Positions 1-11,900 of a DNA stretch of 64,000 nt are shown here, piece after piece. The position numbers were made by a program, and so were the translations under genes. Source of the stretch: Malacoraja senta (lineage: Eukaryota); assembly GCA_038087875.1 (NCBI GenBank), contig CM075978.1:100502001-100566000 (forward strand), written 5' to 3'. The first letter of the stretch is position 1. Each line of letters starts with the position of its first letter. The notes beneath the pieces were generated by a model. That model was given only the letters and a program-made list of their open reading frames with translations. It was not told where the DNA came from and did not search any database.

Positions 1-974
1 AACAAAGTGGGAAATCCTCTTCCCAGGGGATAAATCTGCATTTGTTTGTTTTGTTTGTTCGTTCGTTCTGGTTAAGGCGCTGTGCACACGGCAGCCAGCC
101 AACAGTTGCTTGTCTTTTTCTTTTTTTTCACATTTAATTTCAAGTATTTGTGCACCTTGTGTGTTGTGACTGATGGCAGACCAATTTCCCTCTGGGAATG
201 AATAAAATGTTATCGTATCGTAAAACTGCTGCCAGATGCTGTGAAGTTTTGCATCTTCTGCCCGACAGGAGAGGGCTCAAGTAGGAATGACATGGGAGTG
301 AATGGTCTTTCACGATGTTGGTTGCTTTCCCGAGGCAGCGTGGAGTGTAGGGTAGAGTAATTGCCAAACTGTAATCAATAGGATGCTTTATCCGGTCCAT
401 GTGTAGACATTTGTAAGAGTTGTTGGAAGCATGCTGAATTTCCTTCGTGTTCTTATCTGACTCTGCAACAGAATAGTAAGATTAAACGAGAACTTACCAG
501 TTTGAAGTTTGATCTTTAGTTTATGAGGAGTTGCGATGAGTGATTACGTGAGGAAGAACCCGCCAGTCCGCATGCGTGTCAATCTTCAAAGCAGCAGTGT
601 GAAATCACAGATAACAGTAATTGAAGTAACATTAGAAACCTAGAACTACCAGATGACCTTTGTGATATGAGGGTTGGGAGCGGTGGGCACGTAATCACTC
701 ATCGCAGCTCCTCATAAAATAAAGATCAAACTTCAAACTGGTAAGTTCTCGTTTAATCTTACTATTTTACTTCGGAGTCACGTGAGTGATTCCGTGAAGA
801 TTTCAAAGCTCTGTGATTTCATGCCGTAGATACGAATCCAGGCGTCTCACTGCAACAATTGACTCAGGATGAGTGAATAATAACCAATTCATTTGAACCA
901 TGACATTGATTTGAATCTGTTAATGGTTTATTTAACAAAGAAAACAATAGCGACCCCTCTTTCCCAGGGCGAAT

Positions 975-1836
975 CTATGAAACAGAACTTAAAATAGAAT
1001 GGGCGAATACCCCCGGTTCGGTAAGCGGTTTGTTATAGAACCGTTGAAACGTCAGGTCATTTGACCATCCTGCGGCCGCGAGGATATGGTCGAGAGGGAC
1101 GTCCATTGCCCTCGCTGCCGACGTTGATGTCGCCCTAGTGGAGTGAGATTTTAAATTGTCAGTGTCTACTCCTGCATAAACCAGAACCTGTTTCAGCCAC
1201 CTTGAAATGGTCTGAACCGACACTTTCATATGCGGCTTTTTGTGGCTAATAAATATTGCTGACTCCGAACCTCTGATGCTGTTGGTTACCTTGATATAAT
1301 ATTGCAAGTGCGACACTACACACAGTCGTAAATCCGAGGATTTATGCCGAAAAAATAAGCTTGAACCCTGACACCCCTGGTCTGCTCTGTTTAATTAAAT
1401 CATAAATGTAAAATGTAATGTTATTTCCAGATGATACCATCCTGTCCAGTCGCAGCTTCTGCAACATCTGGACCCGTTGCACTGAAACCAGCGCCATGAG
1501 CATGACCACCTTAAGGGTGATTTTGGGCAAAGACAGGGCTGTGGCTGAAGCCCACTGGCGAAGCAGCATGAGTACCACGCTCACATCCCAGATTTCAGAA
1601 TACCTGGGCCTGGGGAGATTGGAATTAAAAATACACTTCATAAACTGGGGTATTAAAGGGTGAGATCCAACAGACTGTTGTTCTGACCCCAGCCATAAGT
1701 ATGATGACAGGGCACTCCTGGCACTATTGATGGCACTATAGCTCAACCCTTCATCAAAATATAGCATTGACAGAAATTCTAGCACATCTGAGATGCAAGC
1801 TGTGTGATATGTAAGGTTCCCCCATAAGCAGAACAC
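975..1836 (-). pseudogene. DIRS tyrosine recombinase, split into two ORFs (1342-1836, 975-1316)
   Basis: Motifs LMALVSVQR, FISHKKPH, ISRW, SHSTRA (HxxR), AAGWS and TFQRFY are the catalytic YR signatures. Confidence 0.9.
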
Positions 1837-1945
1837 CTCCCATTTCCTGACATGAGAGATGTATTGTTTTTTGTACTATCCCTCCAGGCCGCAGTGATCA
1901 CATCCACGGTTCGATCGGATAGTCCAAGCCCCAGGTATGGCCTCC

Positions 1946-2347
1946 TCAGAATCTGCAAATTAACAGATCAATACAGTGATATAATGGGTGTTGATCCCCA
2001 GTTACAGGGTGCACCAGTAGGTCACTACGTTTCGGGACGGCCATAAAAGGCTGTGTTATTATGTCCAAAAGGAGAGGGAACCATTGTTGAGTAAGCCAGT
2101 CGGGTACCACCAATACTCCTGAGGCAGAGTCCTGCTTGATCTTGAGCAAGCACCGACTGATGAGGCAGAATGGGGGAAATGCATATAAAAACATTCCTCC
2201 CCAGTGTAGCGAGAATGCATCTACTGCTACTGCCGCTGGGTCTGGTTCCCATGAAACATACTTAGGTAACTGGTGGTTGAGTCTGGATGCAAACAAATCA
2301 ATATCTGGCATCCCTATACCGAACAACAATATCATTAAATACATCAT
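1946..2347 (-). pseudogene. DIRS Dam-like methyltransferase-homology domain
   Basis: PDIDLFASRLN...VDAF...YAFPPF, the domain that follows RNase H in DIRS elements. Confidence 0.8.
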
Positions 2348-3567
2348 GATTCAACAATGTCATTGAATTTGCATGACCTGGTGTCTGCCACGATATTGAA
2401 TCTACCTGGTAGGTAGCTAGCTGAAACCCAAATGTTTCTTGTAATGCACCAGCGCCAAATAAGATTAGCCAATCTATCACAAGATTGCGACTTGATTCCA
2501 CCCATGTGATTAACATACGCCACTGCCATAGTGTTGTAAATCTGAAGCTGAACATGCAAGTGACGCTTAATAGTACAATAAGCCTTAAGCCCATAAAATG
2601 CTCCCAATAACTCTAAATAGTTAATCCCATGTGATTGAAGAATAAATGCCTCATGCTTATTCCATCTGCCACAGCTAGAGATGGTATCAGTAGCACCCCA
2701 ACCTAGGGCACTAGCATCAGTCTGTAAGACAACTGAAGATTCCTCAACCAAAAATTTGTTGGAGCAACTTGAGATGTTCATAATCCACCAATGCACTTCA
2801 GCAGTGGCTTCAGCTGGTAATTGTATGTGCCTGTCAAAATGGCCTGCATGTATCCTGAGTGCCTGTATCTTTGCTCGCTGTAAATTTTGATAGTGCAAAG
2901 GTCCATATTGTGCAGCTGGAAAGGCAGCCACTAATTTGCCAATCAAGCTGGCCACATGTCTAATTGAAGGTTGTTGCTCCACCATGAGCTTGTTACAGCT
3001 TTCAATTAACTCTAATCTCTTGCCCCTGGGCAGAGTCACTGACATGTGAGTTGAGTTAATAGTGAATCCCAAATAATCAATAACTCTAACTGGTATCAAT
3101 TTGGATTTAACTGGATGAATGAGAAACCCCAATCTCTCAAACATTAGTTTAACAACTGAAACAGATACTTCAGTTGCTTCCCTGGTCTTCCCTATGATTA
3201 AGATATCATCCAAATAAGCCATTACAATATGACCCTGAGCTCGGAGTATTGCCAGTACTAGATTTAACAATTTTGTAAATAATCTAGGGGCCGAGGTTAA
3301 TCCATTAGGTAGTGCTTTAAATTGCCATAATTGCCTCATCCAGCTAAATTTCAAATATCTCCGATAATCCCTATGAACAGGCACTGAGTAATATGCATCC
3401 TTAAGATCTATACATGCCATATAACATCCTCTGGAAATCAGTTGTTTGGCAGTAACAAATGTTTCCATTTTGAAATGTTTATACTGCACAAAAGGATTAA
3501 GGCTCGTCAAGTCAAGGATGATTCGACAAGCCCCATCCTTCTTGGACCTAGGAAAAATATTAGACAC
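2344..3567 (-). pseudogene. DIRS reverse transcriptase / RNase H
   Basis: RIILDL, IDLKDAYYSV, LPNGLTSAPRLFTK, YLDDIL, YLGF; RNase H TDASALGWG and INYLELLG. Confidence 0.92.
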
Positions 3568-3723
3568 GAATTGGTGAAGTTGATAAACCGCCTCTTTTTT
3601 ACCTCTTTTTTAATATAATTTTTCAATTTCAGCTTGAACCTCCAAATTCTCTTTTTGTGAGAAAATGAGTACCCGACTTGGTGTATGCTGTGTGGGTGGA
3701 CGCAAATTGGGAAGGAATTCAAT

Positions 3724-4938
3724 TCAAAACCCTTGTATACTGCGCAGTATAAACAAACCTGATGTTATTCCATACCATTCCTTCAGAAACAAGTGTAATC
3801 TCCCCCCAACTTGTAGGTAATTCGCACTTAATATGTTCTGACAAGAACCACACCCACCTACCTCCATGGTTACCGGTGGAATTTTCTGCCCCCTATTTCT
3901 GGTGGGAAAAGACATGTTTGCCCGTGCCCCTGTTGGAGTGCGCCAGCTGCGCATATTAGTGAATGGCCAGCTTGGTCCTTGACGGGACCCGGTTTCAGCA
4001 AACCGTTTGTCAGGATACTGCCGCCGAATCGATCTGCTGGTCATCGGTGCTTTGATCAGTCCGACCGTTCTTGCCTCGTCGTCCAGCTCCTTGACTCTTT
4101 TTGCGAGGTCTTCACCAAACAGCAGATTGGGTGGCTGGACATTGCTGGGTTTACACAGAGCGGCGAACTTCGGGTTGATGGTAGGGCGGATGGCGCTTTT
4201 CCTCAGACAGTTTATCTCGAAATGCACATTGCACATGAGTGCCAGGGCATCCTGCTGTACTTCAGACATGTGCCCTTCATCCACCGACCTGGCGAACGCT
4301 GTATTGCCCAAGGCGAGCAGCTTCAGCACCCTCTGAAGCCTCATTTCCTGAGCTCTTATTCCTATGCCCATATGGCCCCAGATGGCGTGGTTCACCACCG
4401 GCACTTTGAGGAGAACACAATTAGCCAGGGTGTCGTACGTTTTGGCCGTTTCATCCATTGTAAGTTTTTGAAGCTGGTGTGACGCCAAGTAATTAATACT
4501 TGCGGCCAACTCTTCACCCAGTGGTTCTCCTGAGTCTGTTGGGACGGCAAACCTTGCTGCCAGGAATGGTACCTCTGACTCGTGCCCTTCATCCCTTGGG
4601 GTATGCTCCAAAGCTAAACCCACAGACTCAGCGTCAGAATACTGATCCCTCATGCTCTCCTCCTCAAAGAGGGAGACATTAAGCAGCCCTGACACAGGTG
4701 CCGCTGGCGCGGGCTCTGGAAGAGGCCGGCGCTGACACAACTCCTCCTGTTGGAGTGTATCTTGGTGGAGCATCCTCTTCATTAGGAACTCCATCCGGGA
4801 CAATCGTCCAAATATGTTATCCCTTACCGGAGGGGAATCCTCCCGGCCCGACTCATCCGAGTCCACTGGCTGTGCAGTCTTTTTAATGGCTTTGCGCACC
4901 AAAGGTGCAGCCACAGTGCTCTCAGACCAAGTCTGCAA
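3724..4938 (-). pseudogene. DIRS gag-like ORF1
   Basis: 404-codon ORF in the gag position; C-terminal half (KVPVVNHAIW...LFGEDL) resembles vertebrate DIRS ORF1. Confidence 0.7.
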
Positions 4939-5370
4939 TCGCTGGTCGTACCGCTAGCGACTCAGTAGGTGAGCTAGGCGGCCGCCCGCTACCCGCACTC
5001 CCGCGGGCTTCCAGAGCTACTTTCCCGGCGGCTCACCTTGACTTCACCCTCGACGCTTTCTCCATACTTGAACTCGCTCCTGAAACAAGAATTACCAAGT
5101 GCAGAAAACGACCTCCGACTAAGTTTTACACTTAGCTGAGGGTTTTTAAAACTTACCGCTGAATGAGCGCTGCTCCTCCCAGCCGGTCGCTGCGCCATGC
5201 GTCAGACGTAATGACACGCATTCGGACTGGCGGGTTCTTCTTCACGGAATCACTCACGTGACTCCGAAGTAAAATCTTACATATACTAAATGAATGTTAC
5301 TAGAACTACCAGCTTTGTTCCTGATTTACTGTTCAGTTTAACACACTTTGTACAGTCAACAAGCACTTAC

Positions 5371-5434
5371 ATGGAGCAGGATTTAACCTTTGATATTCAG
5401 TGTTTGTACTTTTGAGCTGTTGCTTTTACCAAAG
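5371..5434 (+). other. Candidate leader exon of the V4 receptor, with in-frame TGA at 5413-5415
   Basis: ATG 5371 reads MEQDLTFDIQCLYF*AVAFTK-G and ends at a phase-1 donor (AAAG|gtattg) 183 bp before the V1 acceptor. Alternative: unspliced in-frame ATG at 5512. Confidence 0.3.
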
Positions 5435-5617
5435 GTATTGTTTAACATTTCAGTGCAGAGTGAAAGAGCGAAGCTCAGGAGAAAACAAAAGAGTTTACAA
5501 ATTGAGGATACATGTGCAGAACATTCATAAATATCCAAGAGCTTTCATGCTGCCTTTCGTTTCAAATTATTTTTCTGGTCATCATCTGTTCTGATCTTTG
5601 GTTGTTATTACCCACAG

Positions 5618-5980
5618 GTCTAAAGGCAAACATATCCCTGATCCAATCCCCAGGAGCTCTGGTGGTGCGTGAAGGTGAAACAGTGGAGATACGGTGTGTC
5701 CTGAACAGCACCAATGTGCTTAACATTGTGAAAATATTCGACGTTCACTGGTACAACTCACGTAATGGATTAACTGATAAAAGAGTCAAACTTAGTCTTT
5801 ATGTCGATGGCGGCACTTACAGGTCACCGGGCGTCTCCGAGCGATTTCAGCTTTCCAGGAACGACACCAGTAACAGCTACTCACTGACCATCAGAGAGGT
5901 GCAGATTGCCGACTCTGCTCATTACATCTGTGGCATTTGGGGGACTATATTTGGAAATGGAACCCAGCTGAATGTAACCA
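5618..5980 (+). CDS. Exon V1 (VJ-type Ig V domain with L2 leader part GLKA)
   Basis: acccacag|GT...ACCA|gtgagt. IRC (Cys23), DVHWY (Trp41), SLTI, DSAHYIC (Cys104), IFGNGTQLNVT. Confidence 0.93.
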
Positions 5981-8900
5981 GTGAGTATTTAAATTGGTTC
6001 TATTTCCAATCCTAACATCACGAGGAATCATGATGTCATGTTGTCAGTTTTACAGAGACAGACATCATTAGAAGTTCACACTGCAAAATGGAGAATGAAA
6101 ATAGGCCAACATTATTTTTTAACTGAATAATGCAGATCACTCGTCACTGTGTTCTGAGATCAGGATGGAGAATGTAATTCGGCATTGCCAGAGACGTATA
6201 CATAGTGTGAACAGATGAATGTAAAGAAATTACAGTATAGGTAGGTTATTTCCTTCATTTATAATCACTTTGCTTGAGTTTACTTTATTGTCACGTCTAC
6301 CGAGGTACAGTGAAAAGCTTTTGTTGCCTGCTAACCAGTCAGCGGAAAGACAATACCTGATTACAATCGAGCCATTCACAGTTTATGCACAGTCACTATT
6401 AGTTGCACCATCTGCCACACTGAGATCAATTCCTCAATGGTCAGCATGCGCTCAGTGGACTGAAGGACCTGTTTCCCTGCTGCATCTCTACAATAAAGTA
6501 AACTAAACATTACCACCTCAATGATCTATTGGTACTATTTCCATACCCTCTTATTCCTCCAATATACAGAGATCTGCTTATCTCTGTGTAGAGAGCAACA
6601 AAGTACTAAATATACGACTAAACAAAGCTAAATGAAAAATGAAATCCCCATTGTGAGGCAACACCTCCCAACACGGCAGGGATAGAGAGAGAAAGAAAGA
6701 GAAAGAGAGTGAAAGATAATCATGAATACGGAGAAAGTTGCAATCAGCAGCAATCATGAATTTAATATCAGATGCTAACCTAGTTAGCATCACTTTTACA
6801 TGAGGTTATCTAATGTCAAAGGAGGAATGTATTTTAAGTTGAAACACAAAGTATTTAGCAACCCCAACATTAGTGTTCATCTGTTGATATTTTCCCTTTC
6901 AAGTTGCAAATCCTCCGATCCTGATCCAATTCCCGAGGCTGGAGCGTGTCACTGAGGGTCACACGGGACGGTTATGGTGCTCCATGGAGAACGCTGAAGT
7001 GGGAAATACTGACGTCCACTGGTACCAAGAACTACCCGGGCAGGACATGGAGTGGGTTTTAACACACGAGGCAGGAGGCAGCGTACGAAGGAGACCAGGC
7101 TTCACTGAGCGGTTCCAGCCGTTCAAAGACGCCTCCAACAGCAGCTTCATCCTGAAGGTCACAAACGTGATGCTCAATGACTCTGCCGTCTATTACTGCA
7201 CAGTGTGGGGAGATATCAGAGGGAATGGAACCCAACTCAATGTAACCAGTGAGTACAAATTATAGTTGGTTTTATTCACCTATGTGTAACTCTATTGGGT
7301 GTAATTCACTTCCCTTGAATTGGCACATGTACCGGGAGTATTGAAAGAGTAAGGAGATCATACTGGAGCCCTGATTCTGGAGACCAAAACATTGTGGCCC
7401 CTCACTAATGGTGTGAGCACTGATATGGTAACTGATCTGTATGTGAGTTCTGGGTTGTGGGAAATAAATTTCAATGTGCAGTGTGTTCTTCATTGTAGAG
7501 AAAACTAGAAACATTGTTCAGTGCTCAGTGTAATAGCAGGGCACTGCTCACAGCTGTTTGAGTTAAGGTACAGGAGAGCAGAACGACAACTTGTCATGGC
7601 TTTAGATGAACCAATGCTGCCTCCTTATTTCAATGGTTCAATGGTTCAATAGTTCTTTATTTGTCACATATGCAACTGTGCAGTGAAATTCTTTTTGCAT
7701 ATATTACACATGCTGCGCCGCCATGTTTTGGCGCCTTCATTCAAAGTGCAACGTCCGGTCAGCCCACAGCTCGATGTACTGGAGTTGTTCCCATGAACCA
7801 ACGTCCCTCTCCTCTCCTCGCCCGGCCATCTTTGTGTCCCGGGGGTGCCTCCAGCAGACTACCTGGAGGCGCTGGACGCATTTCCCTGGTTCAACCTCGC
7901 CCCGGCCCTTGCTCCTTGTGTCTGACGTCTCCAGCTCACTCCTGGTCATGCCAACCGATGAGCCTTTTGACGGGTTCCCAGTCCCGCCGACCGACGAGCC
8001 TTCAGGCTTGTTTTCAACCAGGAAACTGATACTTGTATCACTCACAGAGCAGAGGCAACAACAACAATGTAGTCACTGGAGCCAAGGCCAGGGATCTGGG
8101 ACTGGCTGAGAAGAAACAGGTTACACGTTGATCACCTGTGTTCATGCCCTCCCTCAGGCTGACAGTTCATTGTTGTCTGGATCTGAGTCTTTGCTCATCT
8201 TCATTGTGTTGATGCGGGCCCCTAATCCATGTTAAATAGTGTGAAGCACGGTTCAAATTCCCCCTCAATATAATGTCCATGTTCCAGTGAAGTAGATAAC
8301 TCATTGCACCATCGGCAGTAAAGGAAAGATAAGAATCTGACACAAAGGCAGAAGAATAGGGTAGGTGTAAGAACAGAGTCAACGTGGATGTATGAAATGG
8401 ACATCATGGGTGAGAAATCTTTTAAAGCTCACGTGGTTAGATGTTTGTAACGAGCAAAGTAGGTTAGAATCTCCTGGAGTAACTGGAATGAACAGCAGGT
8501 ATTCAAGCTGAGAGGCTGTGACTAGTGAGAGGTGGTGAAGGGTTTGGTGCTGGGACCCTCACTGTTCACAATCGAGGATGAGGAGACCAAGTATAACATA
8601 TCCAGCTTGGTAGGCGATGCAACATGTGAGAGGCTGCAAGGGGCACAGACAAGTATAAAGAGCAGGACAAGCCAGATGGACTATATCTTCATTCAAAGCA
8701 TTTTTTTGAATGTTGTGAAACTGTAAGGTCAGAAGAATCTGGGTGTTCTCATACACAAAATAACTTAAAGTCAACATGTAGATAGAATGAGCAGTTTGGA
8801 AGGCAAATAATATATTAAAAAACAAAAGGCACAAGTTGTTGGAGTAACTTAAAAGGTCAGCCAGCAAGTCCGGAGAACATGGATAAATCTGACATCCTCG

Positions 8901-11900
8901 ATAATCTTACTCTTCAATTATCCTGAGCCTCCCTGGGAAGTATGTGATGGTATTCAAATTTTAGAAACTGTTACACACTAAATGCTGGAGAAATATGATG
9001 CCTTCCATTGAGCTCTATGTATATTCACACAGATCCCCTGGATGATCCGGTCCTTATTCAGTCTCCGTCAGTCAGCATGGTGGCAGAGGGTGTAACTGTG
9101 CAGTTGCAATGTGCCTTGCACAATGCCGGTGTGAATGACACTGACGTCCACTGGAGCCAGCAGCGACCTGGGAAAAACAGCGAGTGGGTAATGAGCCACT
9201 TTGTGGATGGCAACGTCACCAGGTCCGGCTGTATCTCTGACCGCTTTAAGTCTTTCAGGAATGCCATGAGCAACAGTTACATTCTGACAATCGCCAATGT
9301 CTCCATCAATGATACTGCTGTCTACAACTGCAGTGTGTGGAGTTACATCTATGGAGCCGGGACCCAGCTCAATGTAACTGGTAAGTCATTGTTTGCCTAC
9401 ACAGACTATAACAGCAGCTCACACTTCAACCTTCATGCAATGACTCACCGACACATGGGAACTCTGTACCACTCCCAGTAAAACAGAGAGTGGGGAAGTT
9501 ATCCTTGGCGTGTAAAGTGCAACAGCTAGGAAATAGATAATTGTGTGAAAGGACGAGTACAAGGAAACAAAAATCAAAAGTGTCAAAAGTCTCCGCAAAT
9601 GGTTTGTGGATGAACAACCCTTTGGGTTTGAGTTGTCAGAGATGGAAGATATTACCAACTAATAGCATAAAGTCAAATAGTCATACAGCGTGGAAACAGG
9701 CCCTACTGCCCAACTTGCCCACACAGGCCAACATGTCCCAGCTACACTAGTCCCACCTGCCTTCATTTGGCCCATATCCCTCCTGAAACAAATCAGAGTA
9801 AGGAGAGAAAGAGGATAACTTCATATGTTGTTAAAAGGAATAGATTAGCTCATAAAATCCAATGGGAGAAGAAATATTATCAAATTCTCAAGAAAAAGCC
9901 AAGCTTGAGGTTATGAGTTTGAGTTTAATTTATTGTCACGTGTACCGAACTACAGTAAAAAGCTTTTGCGTGCTAACCAGTCAGCGGAAAGATAATACAT
10001 AATTACAATTGAGCCATCCACAGATACACGATAAAAGGAATAACGTGAATAACGTTTAGTGCTAGATAAAGCCAGTGAAGTCCGATCAGATAGTCCAAGG
10101 ATCTCCAATGTAGATATTAGTTCCAGAGGAACTCAGCAGGTCAGCCAACATTTGTGAAGGTAAATGGACAGACAGTGTTTCGGGTCAAGACCTCTTCAAA
10201 CTGATGGAGCAGGAGAGCTGGTGGAAAGAGGTGAGGGAGTAGGGGTGGAGCAAGAGCTTGCAAGTGACAGGTAGACTCGTATATGGAAGGGTTGATTGTC
10301 AGGTGAATGAGGTGCAGGAGGAATAGGGGAAGATATTAACGAAGAAGTGATAAGCGGAGAAGACAAAAGATTACAAATAATGAATTCTGGTAAGAAAAGG
10401 TGTGAAATAAGATGTAGAACCCGAGGGCGGATGGTGAGGCAGATTGGAACTGGAAGGGGGAGGTGATGTGGCAGATATAGGTACCCAGAGGGGCTAGGGG
10501 TGCGTAATGAATAGCGAGTGGAAATACAGGTATGTGAGGTTTTTTTTATCTGCACCTTTGTTGCTTGTCAAATGCCTTCTGAAAGTCCAAATTCACATCA
10601 GCTAGTTTTCCCTTATCTATGCTGCTAACTACAATCTCAAAAAATCAGCTGATTTGTTGAATATGATTTCCTTTACAAAAACCTTTTGACTCCACCCTGT
10701 CCTGATATATTCCAAATGCCCCACTTACTTAATAATAGATTAATAATAGATTACAGCTCTTCCCTCATCCACGCTTCCCCTGTGTGCTGATCTACACTCT
10801 CAACTCATCCGTCTCACTTGCTGTGCTTCTTGCTTTAAAGTAAATGCAGTTAAACCTACCGGTCCTCTCATGCTCCCCCTCCCATCTCTGCCAATGCTTC
10901 CACTGGACTTGCCTGTTCTATTTTCTACATATGAGTCCTCTTTCATTCTAGGTCCCAACCCCATGTCTCATTGGTTTAAACTCTCTAGAGTAGCACGAGC
11001 AAACCCCTCCACAAACCCATTCAGAACTTTGTTATGCCCCATGCACAGGTTATCTAATATTGCAGGATCACTGAACTCAGTAACATTGTTCTGGTTTTAA
11101 GTATCACAAGAGCCCATTCCTGTGCTATACACATCTATAGCCCGAATCAAAAGGATTCCATATTGCATGCTATAGAATGACTTCTTCTTGCGTACACCAT
11201 GCACAGCCTAACAAAACACTACATCTATTTGTTTGTGCACGTTGGGTTGATTGCATTAGTCGAAACAGGGTGGACCATGTGAAGGTTGCAATCTCCCACC
11301 CCATAGAATGACTAAAACAATTCTATAAATTTAGTGTTAGATTCTGTGCACTCTTTAAGCATGGTTGTGCTGAGTTTTTTTTTAAGAAGACGTATTTTCC
11401 CATTAAAGATGCGAATCCTCCGATCCTGATCCAATTCCCGAGGCTGGAGCGTGTCACTGAGGATGACACGGCATGGTTATGGTGCTCCATGGAGAACGCT
11501 GAAGTGGGAAACACTGACGTTCACTGGTACCGAGAAGTACCCGGGCAGGACATGGAGTGGGTTTTAACACACGAGGCAGGAGGCAGCGTACGAAGGAGAC
11601 CAGGCTTCACTGAGCGGTTCCAGCCGTTCAAAAACACCTCCAACAGCAGCTTCATCCTGACGGTCACAAACGTGATGCTCAATGACTCTGCCGTCTATTA
11701 CTGCACAGTGTGGGGAGATATCAGAGGGAATGGAACCCAGCTCATTGTCACTAGTAAGTTCAGTTTACACAAAACTAAATGATCTCTGTTAGTGAAAATA
11801 TAGAGCATGCCAGGGGTGGGATAGCGGTTTTGCGCGTTCATTTTTATGTCAGTTTACAATATTTACTATGTTAAAAACATTAAAAGTATTGAATCTTGTA

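Larger units (their letters stand above)
472..5275 (-). mobile_element. Full-length, frameshifted DIRS1-type tyrosine-recombinase retrotransposon (DIRS-A)
   Basis: Minus-strand gag, RT/RNaseH, methyltransferase-like and YR ORFs. ITRs at about 539-581 and 5212-5254. ICR at 688-800, whose halves are complementary to both termini (688-766 vs 472-550, 77/79 match; 764-800 vs 5239-5275). AAT at both ends and no TSD. Confidence 0.95.

Noticed and set aside
3979-4482. Plus-strand ORFs antisense to DIRS gag
   Set aside because: No domain features; expected shadow ORFs of a coding strand.
7199-7205. Perfect RSS heptamer CACAGTG at the V/J junction of V2 (also 11704-11710 in V4)
   Set aside because: It overlaps the Cys-Thr-Val codons, has no acceptable nonamer at 12 or 23 bp (best 4/9), and is absent from V1 and V3, so it is probably coincidental.
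5512-11782. Rearranging Ig/TCR locus, or four separate single-exon V genes
   Set aside because: No RSS, D/J cluster or C exon. V2-V4 lack their own leaders and have phase-1 acceptors and donors that chain into one gene with TM and ITIM exons.
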